Positions 41,120 through 54,824 of a stretch of DNA of 64,000 bases are shown piece after piece. Made by a program: the position numbers and the translations under genes. The stretch lies in the NCBI GenBank assembly GCA_963727485.1, contig CAVSGM010000001.1:704001-768000 (forward strand), given 5' to 3'. The DNA comes from an uncultured delta proteobacterium (GTDB taxonomy: Bacteria > Myxococcota > Myxococcia > SLRQ01). How positions within the stretch are numbered: the stretch's first letter is position 1; every line of letters starts with the position of its first letter. The notes beneath the pieces are model-generated. The model had not been told where the DNA came from. It made no database searches and saw nothing but the letters and a program-made list of their open reading frames with translations.

Positions 41120-41979
41120 GATACCCCGGCGTCCGGGAGCTCCTCGATCGGCACCGCCTGGCGCCGAAGAAGGCCTGGGGGCAGAACTTCCTCCGGGAAC
41201 CCCTGGTCCTCGATCGCATCGCCGACGTCGCCGAGGTGGGCGAGGGTGACCGGGTGGTCGAGCTCGGCGCCGGACTCGGCCATCTCACCGCCTGCCTCGC
41301 CGAGACCGGCGCCGACGTCGTCGCCGTGGAGCGTGACCGCGACCTGGTGCCGGTCCTCGAGGAGACCTTCGCCTCGGCGCCCACCGTGCGCGTGGTCGCC
41401 GCCGACGCCAAGACCGTCGACCTCCAGTCGCTCCGGGGCGACGGCCCGCCGCTGGTGGTCGTGGGAAACCTGCCCTACCACCTGACCAGCCCCATCCTCT
41501 TCCACCTCCTCGAGGCGCGGGCCGATCTCGCGCGCATCGTGGTGATGATCCAGAAGGAGGTCGCCGAGCGCCTGGCGGCGGGGCCCGGGACCAAGGCCTA
41601 CGGGGTGCTCTCGGTGCGCTTCCAGCTGTGGGCGGAGGTCGAGCTGGCCTTCGACGTGCCGCCGACCGCCTTCGTGCCCCCGCCCAAGGTCACCAGCACC
41701 GTGGTGCGGATGGACCTGCGGCACGCGCCGCTCGCCGACCCCGGGGACCCGGACGTCTTCCGCCGGGTGGTCGCCGCGGCCTTCGGCCAGCGCCGCAAGA
41801 CCCTGAACAACGCGCTCAAGAGCCTGGTGCCCGACGCCGAGGCGCGGCGGGCGGTGCTGGCGGAGGCGGGGATCGACGCCGGGGCCCGGGCGGAGACGGT
41901 GCCGGTCACGGGGTTCGCGGCGCTGTCGCGGGCGGTGGTGGCGGCGGGGGGCGGCGCGCCAATCACGTCGCCTCGATGA
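41116..41979 (+). CDS. rsmA: 16S rRNA dimethyladenosine transferase
   Basis: KAWGQNFL, ELGAGLG, GNLPY, QKEVAERL, FVPPPKV, QRRKTL. Confidence 0.95.
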   Translation: MRYPGVRELLDRHRLAPKKAWGQNFLREPLVLDRIADVAEVGEGDRVVELGAGLGHLTACLAETGADVVAVERDRDLVPVLEETFASAPTVRVVAADAKTVDLQSLRGDGPPLVVVGNLPYHLTSPILFHLLEARADLARIVVMIQKEVAERLAAGPGTKAYGVLSVRFQLWAEVELAFDVPPTAFVPPPKVTSTVVRMDLRHAPLADPGDPDVFRRVVAAAFGQRRKTLNNALKSLVPDAEARRAVLAEAGIDAGARAETVPVTGFAALSRAVVAAGGGAPITSPR

Positions 41980-42697
41980 GCCCGTGCCGGCGCCATCCGA
42001 CCCCGAGGAGCCAGGTGTGCGGCCGGGCCACGGGGACCTCCGGCGGCCCGGCCCCCGCGGCACCGCCGCCCGGTCGGGGTGGCCGCTTCCACCCGTCGAA
42101 GACGCGCCCCGACGCGTAGGGATCGAGCGGCGCCTCCGCCTCCCGGCGCCGGCCCCCTGGCCGCGCGCCGAGTCCGGCAGGCCGGGGCGCCCACTGGCCG
42201 GCGTGGTGCCGGTGGTTCCCCAGCACGTAGGCGAGGGCGTTGCGCACCTGCCGCGGGCTCCGGAGGATGCGCGCGTGGTAGCGGTCGGCGAGCACTGGCC
42301 CGCGGGTACCCATGAGCCGGTTGAGACCCCGGGCGATGCGCACGCCGAGGCCCTTCATCGCCCGGCCCAGGGCTACCGCGTCCCGGGCCTCGACCAGCAG
42401 GTGCACGTGGTTGCCCTGCACCGAATAGTGGCAGAGGCGCACCCCGCGGCGCTCCCGTGCGGCGAGGAACGCGGCTCCGAGGACCCGGAGGCAGCGCCGG
42501 GAGCGGAGCTGGTAGACGTGGGGCTGGACCCGGAGCGTGACATGGACCGGATAGCGCGACGCGAAGCGGGGCCGGGACGTGTGGGCGACGCCGGGGCGAT
42601 CCCCAGCGGGCTTGCGACCGGCCCCGGGCCGGGCACCGCCCCAGGTGGGGAGGCGGAGATTTAGCTGGCGCGGTCGCTTCAGGCGTCGTCTGGGCAT
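41963..42697 (-). mobile_element. REP-associated tyrosine transposase (Y1/HUH, RAYT-like)
   Basis: WGGARPGAGRK, HVTLR, HYSVQGNHVHLLVE (HUH), DRYH, LAYVLGN catalytic Tyr; no tnpB adjacent. Confidence 0.85.
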
Positions 42698-42808
42698 GGG
42701 AACTCCCGGTGGGGGTGGGGGCCGGCGACGGCCGTGGTGGCGGCGACCCCTTCTCGATCTCGATTCAGCGGACATTCTAGCCAGGGGGTCTGACACCGGG
42801 CGTGGTCT

Positions 42809-42847
42809 GATGCCAGATGGCGACTGATGAACCTGCCATCTGGCATC
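42809..42847. repeat. Perfect 13-bp inverted repeat upstream of the RAYT
   Basis: gatgccagatggc-N13-gccatctggcatc. Confidence 0.85.
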
Positions 42848-43293
42848 CACCCTGGCCCGGGAGCTTTCCGGCCCGGGTCGCGGCGCGGGCGAGGCGCACC
42901 GGGACCTCGGGGATGGCTGCCTCGGGGAGGCTCTGGACCCTGGCGCCCCGGTCGTTGGTCCGGGGCGCCCCGGTCGTTGGTCTGGATCGCCTGGATGGCC
43001 TTGGGGAGCCGGCGGCGATCCAAGGTTCCGTCCCGGGATCCCTGCCGCCGGTGGGGGGCCGCAAACGTGAGGGCGGATCAGGCGTCTCGGGCGAGCGCGG
43101 CGCGGGGACCTCGGGGCCGTCCCGGCGTGGGCATCGGCCCCGGCGTGGGCGTCGGCCCCGGCGTGGGAGCGGGTCGCGGACTGGTGCTGGTCTGGCAACT
43201 CGATTCGGCGGACATTGCGGGGCCCGGTCGGTGCAGCGGACATTCGTATCCGGCAGCCATCACGATCCGGTGGTCGTGGACGGCCCGGCCAGT

Positions 43294-43413
43294 GCCGGCG
43301 ACCCGGCACGGGCGGGCCCGATGGGGGATTCGGGCGCCGAGTGATCTGGCGCTGGAGGCCCGGAGCCCTGCGTCAGCTGGCGCCGGCTTCAGCGCGGGAC
43401 GGCGCCCGCCGTC
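43294..43413 (+). repeat. Dispersed palindromic repeat copy (REPIN-like)
   Basis: gccggcgacccggcacgggcgggcc...ggcgcc...ccctgcg...ggcgccgg...gcccgccg, homologous to the reverse complement of the 203-bp unit core. Confidence 0.8.
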
Positions 43414-43579
43414 AGGGCCTGGAGGCCACCGCCGGGTGCTGCACCCCGCCCGACTGGGGCTGCGTGCCGCGCCCCGCCCGGGCCCGCGCCCCCTGGTCGT
43501 CTCGGGATCTCGCGAAGCGACGCAAGGTGACGCGACGGGACGCGACGCGCCCCGAGTCGCGCCGCGTGTCGCAGCGCTG

Positions 43580-44239
43580 CTACTTCCCCGTCGCCGGCTT
43601 CGCGGGCGCCTTGGCCCCCTCGTCGCCGTCGTGGTCGCCATCGGCCTTGGCCGCGCCCGTGGTCGCCGCGTCGCCCGGTGCCGGCACGGTGGCCGCCCCC
43701 GGCTTCGCCTCGTCCTCGCCCCAGACGTGCAGGCCCGAGGCCTCGACCAGCTTCTGGTACTTGCCGTCCTTGAGCTTGGGGAGCTCGCGGATGAAGGCCA
43801 CGATGGCCCGAAGCTCGTGGTCGGAGTGGGTGGGGCCGAAGGCGGGCATCCCGGTCATGCGGATGCCGTTCTTCGCCAGCCAGTAGAGCTGCGCGTCGCT
43901 CATGTCCTGGGAGTCCTCCCAGAGGTGCGGCGGCGGCGGGTTGAGGCCCTTGGCGGCGTCGGTGGGCTTCATCGACGGGGCCAGGTGGCACATCACGCAG
44001 TCCTCGTTGTAGTGCTCGAGGCCGAGCTTGAGGAGCGCCGGGTCGTCGTGGTCGATGGCCTTGATGGCGGTGGCGTGCTTGGCCACCGACTTGTCGCTGG
44101 CGGTGCCGAGGATCCACTCCTCCATCCTGGACGGAGGCGGGATCGCCGAGACGTTCACCGCGCCGCTGTAGACGACGAAGAGTCCGCCCGCCGCTTCGAG
44201 CACCAGCACCACCACCACCGTCCACAAGATACGCTTCAC
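43580..44239 (-). CDS. Membrane-anchored monoheme cytochrome c
   Basis: N-terminal TM, CVMCH, GIRMTGMPAF; GTG start after GAGGAGG. Confidence 0.9.
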   Translation of the reverse strand: MKRILWTVVVVLVLEAAGGLFVVYSGAVNVSAIPPPSRMEEWILGTASDKSVAKHATAIKAIDHDDPALLKLGLEHYNEDCVMCHLAPSMKPTDAAKGLNPPPPHLWEDSQDMSDAQLYWLAKNGIRMTGMPAFGPTHSDHELRAIVAFIRELPKLKDGKYQKLVEASGLHVWGEDEAKPGAATVPAPGDAATTGAAKADGDHDGDEGAKAPAKPATGK

Positions 44240-44388
44240 GTCGGCCTCCTCGGGGATCCCCAGGCACGGGAACGTTGCACACGCGCCCCACCCGGGCAAC
44301 CTTACCAGCCCGCCAAACGCCCGAAACCCCTGGGGACGGAGAGTGGGGCCTGCACGGGGCCCCGGGGATGCGGTAGACCACGGAGGCC

Positions 44389-47880
<3,492 letters not shown>

Positions 47881-47967
47881 GGGGAAGGGCGTCTGGCGGC
47901 GGGGCCGGGCGTTCGGGACGGGCGGCGACCTCGGCGGCCGGCCGCGTGCCGGCGGGTTCCGGAGGTT

Positions 47968-48089
47968 GCCGGCGACGCGGCACGGGCGGGCCTCCTGCGG
48001 GATGCAGGCGCCAAGTGGCACGGAGCCGGTGACCCCTCAGGTCCTGCGCCACTCGGCGCCGGGCTCACCGCTGGTTCGTGCCCGCCGGC
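47968..48089 (+). repeat. Dispersed palindromic repeat copy (REPIN-like)
   Basis: gccggcgacgcggcacgggcgggcc...ggcgccaagtggcacgga...tcctgcgccactcggcgccgg...cccgccggc between convergent dnaE and argS. Confidence 0.85.
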
Positions 48090-48257
48090 GGGTGAACGCA
48101 GGGCAGCAGCGTTCGCGGCGTCTCTTGATTCGCATGCTCGTGAGGTGGCGGTCCTCTTAGCGAGCGCGAGCGAGACATCCCGACTCGGCGGACATCCCGA
48201 CCGGACGCCCCGCTCGACTCGCCAGACGTCCGCCCGCCGCTCCCCTCGCCCGCCCGC

Positions 48258-50107
48258 CTACATCTCCGCCGGCGCCTCGATCCCCAGCAGCGCCAGCGTC
48301 GCCGCCAGGGTCTCGCGCACCTTGTCCACCAGCACCAGCCGCGCCTCCCGCAGCCCGGGCTCGGCCTTGAGCACCTGGGTGTCCGGCTTCCCGTCCGGGC
48401 CGCGGTGGTTGTAGTAGCCGTTCCACGCGGTCGCGAGGTCCAGGGCGTACTGGGCAATCACGTGGGGCGCCAGGTCCCGCGCCGCGAGCGCCCGCATGGC
48501 CCCGAACCGGTCGATGACCTGCGCCAGCCGGACCTCCAGGGGCCCCAGCGTCGAGAGGTCCGCGGCCTCCACCTGCACCCCGGCGGCCTCGGCGGCGCGG
48601 AGGATGCTCGAGGCCCGGGCGTGGGCGTACTGCACGTAGGGCGCGCTGTCCCCGGCGAGCGAGAGGGCCTGCTCCCAGCGGAAGTCGATGATCTTCTTGG
48701 CCTCGCTCTTGAGCATCCCGAAGCGCAGCGCGCCGACGCCCACCTGCCGGGCCACCTCGTCGATGGCGGCGAGCTGCGGGTTCTTCTCCTCGACCACCGC
48801 CCGGGCGCGGCGCTGCGCCTCTTCGACCACCTCGTCGATGGACAGGGTGATGCCCTTGCGGCCGCTCATCGCCTGGCCCTCGAGGGTCACCACCTCGTAG
48901 GCCAGGTGGTGGGAGTGCTCGAAGGCGGTCTTGCCCGCCTCGGTGCCCGAGAGGGCCAGGGCGGTGCGCACCAGGGTCTGGGGGTGGCTCTGGCGCACGT
49001 CGATGACGTTGATGATCTCCTGCCCGTGGGCGAAGGTCCGGCCGTCGGGGTGGGGCTCGCCCGACGGCGCCGAGCTGTAGAGCGCCTTGCCGCTCGGCTG
49101 GTCGTCGGCGAAGCGCTCGAAGGCGAGCCCCTCGAAGATCCCCGCCTTCCAGAACTGGTAGCCGATGTCCTTGGCGACGTACATGGCGTTGCCGCCCGAG
49201 CGCACCAGCACCACCGTGGGCTCCTCGAGGCCCGGGAGGATCTCCGAGACGTCCATCACCAGGGCCCCGGCGTACTTCCCCTCGGTGGGCCGCGAGACGT
49301 AGGGGCTCGCCTCGAGGACCTTCAGGCCCCGCTCCAGGAACCCGCCGCCGACCACGTCGCTCTCCCACACCAGCAGGTCGTACTCGGCGCCGAGGGCGTG
49401 GAAGGTCTGAAGCTGCGAGCGCACCACCTTCGCCACCGCGTCCCGGAGCTCCCCGCCCTCGAGCTGGTGCATCACCGACTGGACGCCGGCCTCGATGCGC
49501 TCCTCGTCCGTCTCGCGGGCCTGGCCGAGGCGCACGTAGAGCTCGCCGAGCCAGTGGTCGTACTTGGGCGTCCCCGGGTACTCGGCCTCGAAGTACCGGG
49601 CGGCGTAGAGGCTCTCGGCGGCCTGGCGACCGGTGTCGTCGATGTAGTTCTGGACCTCGACGTCGTGGCCGGCGGCCCGGAGGATCCGCGCCACCGCGTC
49701 CCCGAGGACGATGTTGCGCAGGTGGCCGACGTGGGCCTCCTTGTTGGGGTTCACCGAGGTGTGCTCGACCACCACCTTGAGGCGCTCGGCGGCCGGCTGC
49801 GGGTCGGCCCGATCACCCCGCCCACGTAGGCGCCCGGGTCCACGTGGAAGTTGAGGTAGGGGCCCACCGCGTCGGCCCGGGCGATGCCCTGGGGCAGCCC
49901 GGCGGCGTTCAGGGCCTCGAGGAGCGCCTGGGCGATCTGCACCGGCGGCCGGCGCAGGACCTTGGCGAGGCTGAAGGCCACCGGGGTCCCGAAGTCCCCG
50001 GGCTTGCCCGGGGGCACCTCCTGGACCTGGACCTGGACGTCCTCGACCCCCAGGGTCTTGAGGGCGGCGGTGACGGCGTGCTCGAGCTGCGGGAGGAGGT
50101 CGGCCAT
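48258..50107 (-). CDS. argS: Arginyl-tRNA synthetase, frameshifted near 49810
   Basis: N-domain GDFGTPVAF..GPYLNF (ORF 49751..50107) plus EHTSVNPNK, HVGH, MSGRKG, YVQYAHAR, C-terminal PAEM. Confidence 0.93.
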
Positions 50108-50257
50108 GGGCCAGCGCTATACCACAGGGGGCCCGGGAGGCTGGAACGCCCCGTGCAGAGCTCCCCGTCCATCATGGCTCGACCGCTGCCGACCCCCCTC
50201 GCGACGGGCCGTTACGGCCCCACCGCCCGGCGCCACCGTGGCGCTTCGGGCACGGGT

Positions 50258-50932
50258 GTGACCCTGGGACGACACCTCGCCGTCCTGGCGGTGGTGCTCG
50301 TGGCCGCCTTCGCCAGCCGCCCGGCCCGGGCCGACGGCGAGGCCGCCGACGCCTGCGGCACCCTCCTCCAGCTCCTCTACTGGCTCCCGCCGCCGACCAC
50401 CGAGCGGTCGCTGGCCCTGGAGGTCCTCGCCGACAGCGAGTGGGAGTCCGGCACCGGCACCATCCTCACCAGCGGCAACCCCGCGCCCCGCCTGGGCACC
50501 GAGCTGCGCCTGGTCATCGGCATCCCCCACACCGGCTACGAGCTCCTCCTCGACGGGGGCTGGACCGCGCCCGTTCTCGGCAGCCGCGGCGCCTACCGGG
50601 CCGGCTTCGGCTTCGACGCCAGCTGGGACCTGGGGGGGCCGGCGTTCTACCTCCTCGCCACCGACGGCGCCTACGCCACCGCCGACGGCATCCCCGGGGG
50701 CGTGGCGGTGCTCCCCGAGTGGCGCTTCGGCATGGGCTTCCGGATCCCCGCCTTCGGCGGCGCCATCGTCGCCGAGGGCGATCTCTCGGCGCTCGGGTGG
50801 CTCGGCGAGGCCGGCGGGCCCATCGTCGGCCTCCGCCTCGGCTACTCGTTCGGGGGCAGTGGGGCCGCGCCGCTGCCGCCCTGCGTGGGGCCCGACGGGC
50901 TCCCCCACGGCGGCCCCTGCCGCGCCCACTGA
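50258..50932 (+). CDS. Hypothetical secreted protein, possibly outer-membrane beta-barrel
   Basis: Signal ...SRPARA-D, alternating beta strands, LRLGYSF. Confidence 0.6.
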   Translation: MTLGRHLAVLAVVLVAAFASRPARADGEAADACGTLLQLLYWLPPPTTERSLALEVLADSEWESGTGTILTSGNPAPRLGTELRLVIGIPHTGYELLLDGGWTAPVLGSRGAYRAGFGFDASWDLGGPAFYLLATDGAYATADGIPGGVAVLPEWRFGMGFRIPAFGGAIVAEGDLSALGWLGEAGGPIVGLRLGYSFGGSGAAPLPPCVGPDGLPHGGPCRAH

Positions 50933-50960
50933 ACCTGCGCCCGGGCGCCCGCCGGCCTGC

Positions 50961-51194
50961 CTAGGCGCCGGCCTTGTCGTGCCCGGTGACGTGGTAGCCC
51001 TTGGCCTCCACGGCCTGGGCCATCGCCGCCGGATCGACCTCGCCCTCGGTGACCACCTTGGCCTGGCCGCCCTCGTGGGAGGCGTGGCTCTCGACGACCC
51101 CGGGGAGGCCGGTGAGGGCCTTGTCCACGGTCATCTCGCAGTGGTGACAGGTCATCCCCTCGATGGTGAGGGTCCACTCGGTACGCGTGCTCAT
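50961..51194 (-). CDS. Heavy-metal-associated (CopZ-like) chaperone
   Basis: IEGMTCHHC motif; AAGGAG RBS. Confidence 0.9.
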   Translation of the reverse strand: MSTRTEWTLTIEGMTCHHCEMTVDKALTGLPGVVESHASHEGGQAKVVTEGEVDPAAMAQAVEAKGYHVTGHDKAGA

Positions 51195-51295
51195 GGGGGG
51201 TGTCTCCTTCAGCGGGCAAGCATGGGTCCCGATGGGGTCCCAATCAACCCCGCGGCGCCGGCGGCCGGCCGCAGGCGACCGGGCGGCGCCGGGGT

Positions 51296-52315
51296 TCAGC
51301 TCCCGGTGCCGAGCACCGACCCCAGGTCCCCGGCCACCTCGGCGCCGCCCCGCACCGCCACCAGCCCCCGGGTGGCCGTGGCGCGCACGTAGTAGTCCGG
51401 CTGCCCCTTCACCTCGGGGCCCCGGAGCAGGGTCACGGTGGCCTTCGCCGGCCCGTCGGCCCCCGGCGCCGCCTCGAAGACCACCGTCGCCACCGGGTCC
51501 AGGACCTTGGGGGTCTCGGCCTGGGTGAGGTAGTGGCTCGCCCGGAGCCGGAAGACCTTCTGCAGCCAGTTCCCGTAGACCGCGACCTTCTTCTTGGGCG
51601 CGTCGGGGCGGGCCCAGAAGCTCTTGAACCGCTGCGCCCGGTCCGTCTGCACCATGGACACGGTCTTGTCGCCCGCCTTGACCGTGACCTTGGCGATGTC
51701 CGGCTGGGCCAGGCCCACCACGTCCCGGGCCATGAGCTCGACCGGCGCCGAGGAGAGCAGCCGGAAGGGCATCCCCGCGACCAGGTAGACGTCGTGGCCG
51801 CCCTGGCGCACCAGGTACCGGCGCACGCTCCCGTAGCTGGCGCCGCCCACCAGGAAGTGCCAGCTGCAATCGCCCCGGGAGAGGGTGAGCCGGCCCTCGG
51901 GCGGATCGAGGCCCAGGTCCTTCTGGTGGCCGGCGGCCTTCCCCTCGAGGACCCGGTAGGCCTTCAGGGGCGCCAGGGAGGTGATCACGTTGTGGAGCAT
52001 CCGCCCGCCGACGAAGGTCTGCTTCTTCCCCTCGGTCTCGGTCTCGACCTTCCAGTAGTGGCCGGCGGCGTCGGTGGCCGCGGTGAGGGTCACCGTGGTC
52101 TTCACCTTCCTGGTCGTCGGCTTCTTCCCGGCGGGGGCCGGCACCATCTCCTGGTGGGTGCGGGTGTAGACCACCCGGGTGACGTCCGCGGGCTTCACCG
52201 AGACGATCTCGGTCTCGGTGGCCGCCGCCGACACCGGCGGGTGCTGCCAGGTGACGTAGGAGAGCACCAGGGCCACGGCCAGCAGGCCCGAGAGTGTCCA
52301 TGCCGTGCGGCTCAT
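51296..52315 (-). CDS. DUF4340-like periplasmic protein
   Basis: N-terminal anchor, DLGLDPP, RYLV..DVYLV; last gene of the Gld-like ABC operon. Confidence 0.72.
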   Translation of the reverse strand: MSRTAWTLSGLLAVALVLSYVTWQHPPVSAAATETEIVSVKPADVTRVVYTRTHQEMVPAPAGKKPTTRKVKTTVTLTAATDAAGHYWKVETETEGKKQTFVGGRMLHNVITSLAPLKAYRVLEGKAAGHQKDLGLDPPEGRLTLSRGDCSWHFLVGGASYGSVRRYLVRQGGHDVYLVAGMPFRLLSSAPVELMARDVVGLAQPDIAKVTVKAGDKTVSMVQTDRAQRFKSFWARPDAPKKKVAVYGNWLQKVFRLRASHYLTQAETPKVLDPVATVVFEAAPGADGPAKATVTLLRGPEVKGQPDYYVRATATRGLVAVRGGAEVAGDLGSVLGTGS

Positions 52316-54090
52316 GCCGACCGCCTCCTTCGCGACACGCGGAACAGCCCCACCCCCAGGATCAGGAGGGGCACCACGAAGACCGTGCCGTAGAACCAGA
52401 CCTTGTCCCGGGTGCCGGAGAGGCGGATCCGCACGTCCTGCTCGCTCTCCACGGTGCCGGCCAGGGCGTCGTCCCCGGCGAGCCACCGGAAGGTGTCCAT
52501 GGCGTACTGGTAGTTGGCGCGGTTGCGGAGGACCGCGTCGGAGAGGGCCGCCGAGCTGGCCAGCACCGCCACCCGCGCCGGGGTCTTCCCCTCGCCGGCG
52601 CCGGCGAGCGCCAGGGAGAAGGTCTGGCGCTTCTCACCGGGGTCGAAGGCGTTGTTCCCGTTGGCGTCGGCCCAGGTCCCGGGCATCGACCGCACCGTGG
52701 GGTCGAGGTGGAGGTGGCCCTTCCGGGGCTCGAGCCACCCGGCGTAGGGCGTGATCATCACCAGCCGGAAGGACAGGCGCGAGAGGGTCGTCATCGACGC
52801 CTGGGTCCCATAGCGGTTGGTGAGCATCAGGGCGAAGTCCGCCGGGGTGTGGGTGCGGCGGATGAACGCCTTCTCGTTGTGGAGGACGTCGGCGTGGAAG
52901 GTCACCCCGGCCACCGCGTCCAGGGCCGGGTCCACATGGGCGGTGGGATCGAGCATCAGCATCAGGTGGCCCCCGCCGTCGACGTAGCGCTCGAGCGCCG
53001 CGATCTCCTCGGGGAGGAACGCCCGGGTGGGTCCGTCGACGACCACCACCGCGGCGTCGCGGGGGATCTGGTTGCCGAGGCCCTCGTTCACCGAGAGGGT
53101 CTTCACCGTGTAGTTCAGGGCCTCGAGGACCTGCTTGAGCTCGGATATCTTCCGCAGGGGCGAGGCCGTGCCGGTCCACTGGAGCTCGCCGTGGCCCACG
53201 GTGAAGTAGACCACCCGGGCCTCGCGGGTCAGGCGCAGCAGCCGCGTCTGCACCGTCTTGTCGAGCTTCTCCAGCATGCTCCGGGCGCCGTCGAGGTCGG
53301 TGCCGGTGTCGATGCGCTCGACCTTGGTCCCCTCCACCAACGCCACCACCCCGTTGGACGAGACCTTGAGGCGCTTGGAGAGGGCGGGGTCGAGGTCGTG
53401 GTCGGCACGCTCGACGGTGAAGGTCTTGGCCTTGGCCGCCAGCGCCTGGAAGTAGGGCTCGAGGCGCGCCTCGACGTCGCTGGCCGGCGGGTAGAAGAGC
53501 ACCGCCTTCACCGGGTGGTCGAGGCTCTCCACCAGGGCCTGGGTGGAGGTGCCGGGGCTGGTGGTCTTGAGGTAGCGCAGGTCGAAGTGATGGAAGTGCT
53601 TCGCCGCCAGGTAGTTCACCGGGAACGCCAGGCACAGCGCCAGCGCCAGGACCACCCCGGCGTTCTGGGCGTGGGCGGCGCGCCTGGGCTGCATCACCAC
53701 CGGGGACTCGCGGGTCGCCCGGTCGAGGAGGAGCATGGGCACCGTGCCCAGGAGGAACACGATGGGCCACAGGACGCCGAGGACGGTGGTGTAGCGCGTG
53801 GCGGCGGCGTCGGAGAGGTGGAGGGCGTCGGCGACGCCGGGGAGCGACAGGCCGTAGAGCACCAGGCTGGCGCGGCCCACCACCGCGAAGCCCAGGGCCC
53901 GGCGCCGGGCGCCCCGGGCCGCGCCCTCGGCGCCGCGGAGGTCGCGGTAGCGCAGCCACAGGGAGAAGATCAGCAGCGCCAGGGCCGCCGCGTCCACGCC
54001 GAGGCGCGCGCCGGTGACGTCGCCGAGGAGGCGCTCGCCCACGAAGAAGAGCGCCATGCCCAGGAGGTAGAGGATCGCCGGGATGCTCAT
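52312..54090 (-). CDS. GldG-like ABC transporter auxiliary component
   Basis: N-terminal TMs, VYFTVGHGE, GPTRAF, YVDGGG.LMLMLDP, C-terminal TM plus RRRR. Confidence 0.82.
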   Translation of the reverse strand: MSIPAILYLLGMALFFVGERLLGDVTGARLGVDAAALALLIFSLWLRYRDLRGAEGAARGARRRALGFAVVGRASLVLYGLSLPGVADALHLSDAAATRYTTVLGVLWPIVFLLGTVPMLLLDRATRESPVVMQPRRAAHAQNAGVVLALALCLAFPVNYLAAKHFHHFDLRYLKTTSPGTSTQALVESLDHPVKAVLFYPPASDVEARLEPYFQALAAKAKTFTVERADHDLDPALSKRLKVSSNGVVALVEGTKVERIDTGTDLDGARSMLEKLDKTVQTRLLRLTREARVVYFTVGHGELQWTGTASPLRKISELKQVLEALNYTVKTLSVNEGLGNQIPRDAAVVVVDGPTRAFLPEEIAALERYVDGGGHLMLMLDPTAHVDPALDAVAGVTFHADVLHNEKAFIRRTHTPADFALMLTNRYGTQASMTTLSRLSFRLVMITPYAGWLEPRKGHLHLDPTVRSMPGTWADANGNNAFDPGEKRQTFSLALAGAGEGKTPARVAVLASSAALSDAVLRNRANYQYAMDTFRWLAGDDALAGTVESEQDVRIRLSGTRDKVWFYGTVFVVPLLILGVGLFRVSRRRRSA

Positions 54091-54824
54091 CGCCGCCGCC
54101 TCCACGCCAGCACCTGGGTGGTGCCGAAGAGCCCGAGGGCGGTGACCGTGGCGTAGAAGACCAGCGACTCGGTCTCCACGTGGCCGCTCATGAACGGCTT
54201 GAAGTGCCGGTCCCAGAAGCTCACGTACTCGAAGATGGAGGAGAAGGGCGCCTCGGTCACCCGGGCCAGCATCCACATGAGGAGCAGCGCCACCACCAGC
54301 GCCCCGCCGAGGACCCCGGCGACCACCTGGCTCTTGGTGAGGGCCGAGGCGAAGGCGCCCAGGGCCAGCGCCGCGGCGCCCAGCGAGAGCAGCCCCAGGT
54401 ACCCGGCGCAGATCTGCCCGAAGCTCACCTTCCCCAGGAGGAGGACGAGCGCCGGCATGTAGGCGGTGAGCAGCACCATCACCACCAGGAAGGCGAAGGC
54501 CGAGAGGAACTTGCCCACCACCACCGCGCCCTCGGTCAGCGGCGCGCCGTCGAGGAGGGTCATGGTCCCGGTCTGCCGCTCCTCGGCGAAGAGGCGGATG
54601 GTGAGGAGCACCGCGGCGATCATGGTGACGCCCGAGGAGTAGTTGAAGAAGTCGTGGAGCACCTGGCTGGAGAGCTTGGGCGCCGACCCCATGGCGAAGG
54701 CGTTGAAGAACACCCCGTCGATGAGCAGCAGCACCGAGACCACCACGTAGCCCCAGATGGTGTTGAAGTACGCTCCCAGCTCCCGGCGGGCGATGAGGAG
54801 CGTTCCGGAGAGGGTCTCGGCCAT
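54087..54824 (-). CDS. ABC-2 permease (GldF-like)
   Basis: IARRELGAYF, LFAEERQTGT, GKF, SALTKSQVVA. Confidence 0.88.
   Translation of the reverse strand: MAETLSGTLLIARRELGAYFNTIWGYVVVSVLLLIDGVFFNAFAMGSAPKLSSQVLHDFFNYSSGVTMIAAVLLTIRLFAEERQTGTMTLLDGAPLTEGAVVVGKFLSAFAFLVVMVLLTAYMPALVLLLGKVSFGQICAGYLGLLSLGAAALALGAFASALTKSQVVAGVLGGALVVALLLMWMLARVTEAPFSSIFEYVSFWDRHFKPFMSGHVETESLVFYATVTALGLFGTTQVLAWRRRR

Noticed and set aside
42822..42834. Hammerhead ribozyme (CTGATGA in the hairpin loop)
   Set aside because: No GAAA core or three-way junction is visible.
41963..43579. IS605/IS200 element with tnpB or a guide RNA
   Set aside because: No RuvC/TnpB ORF next to the Y1 transposase; the upstream region is repeat-rich and non-coding.
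48258..50107. argS as a true pseudogene or programmed frameshift
   Set aside because: Essential gene with both halves intact, no slippery sequence, and several similar indels in the window; sequencing error is more likely.
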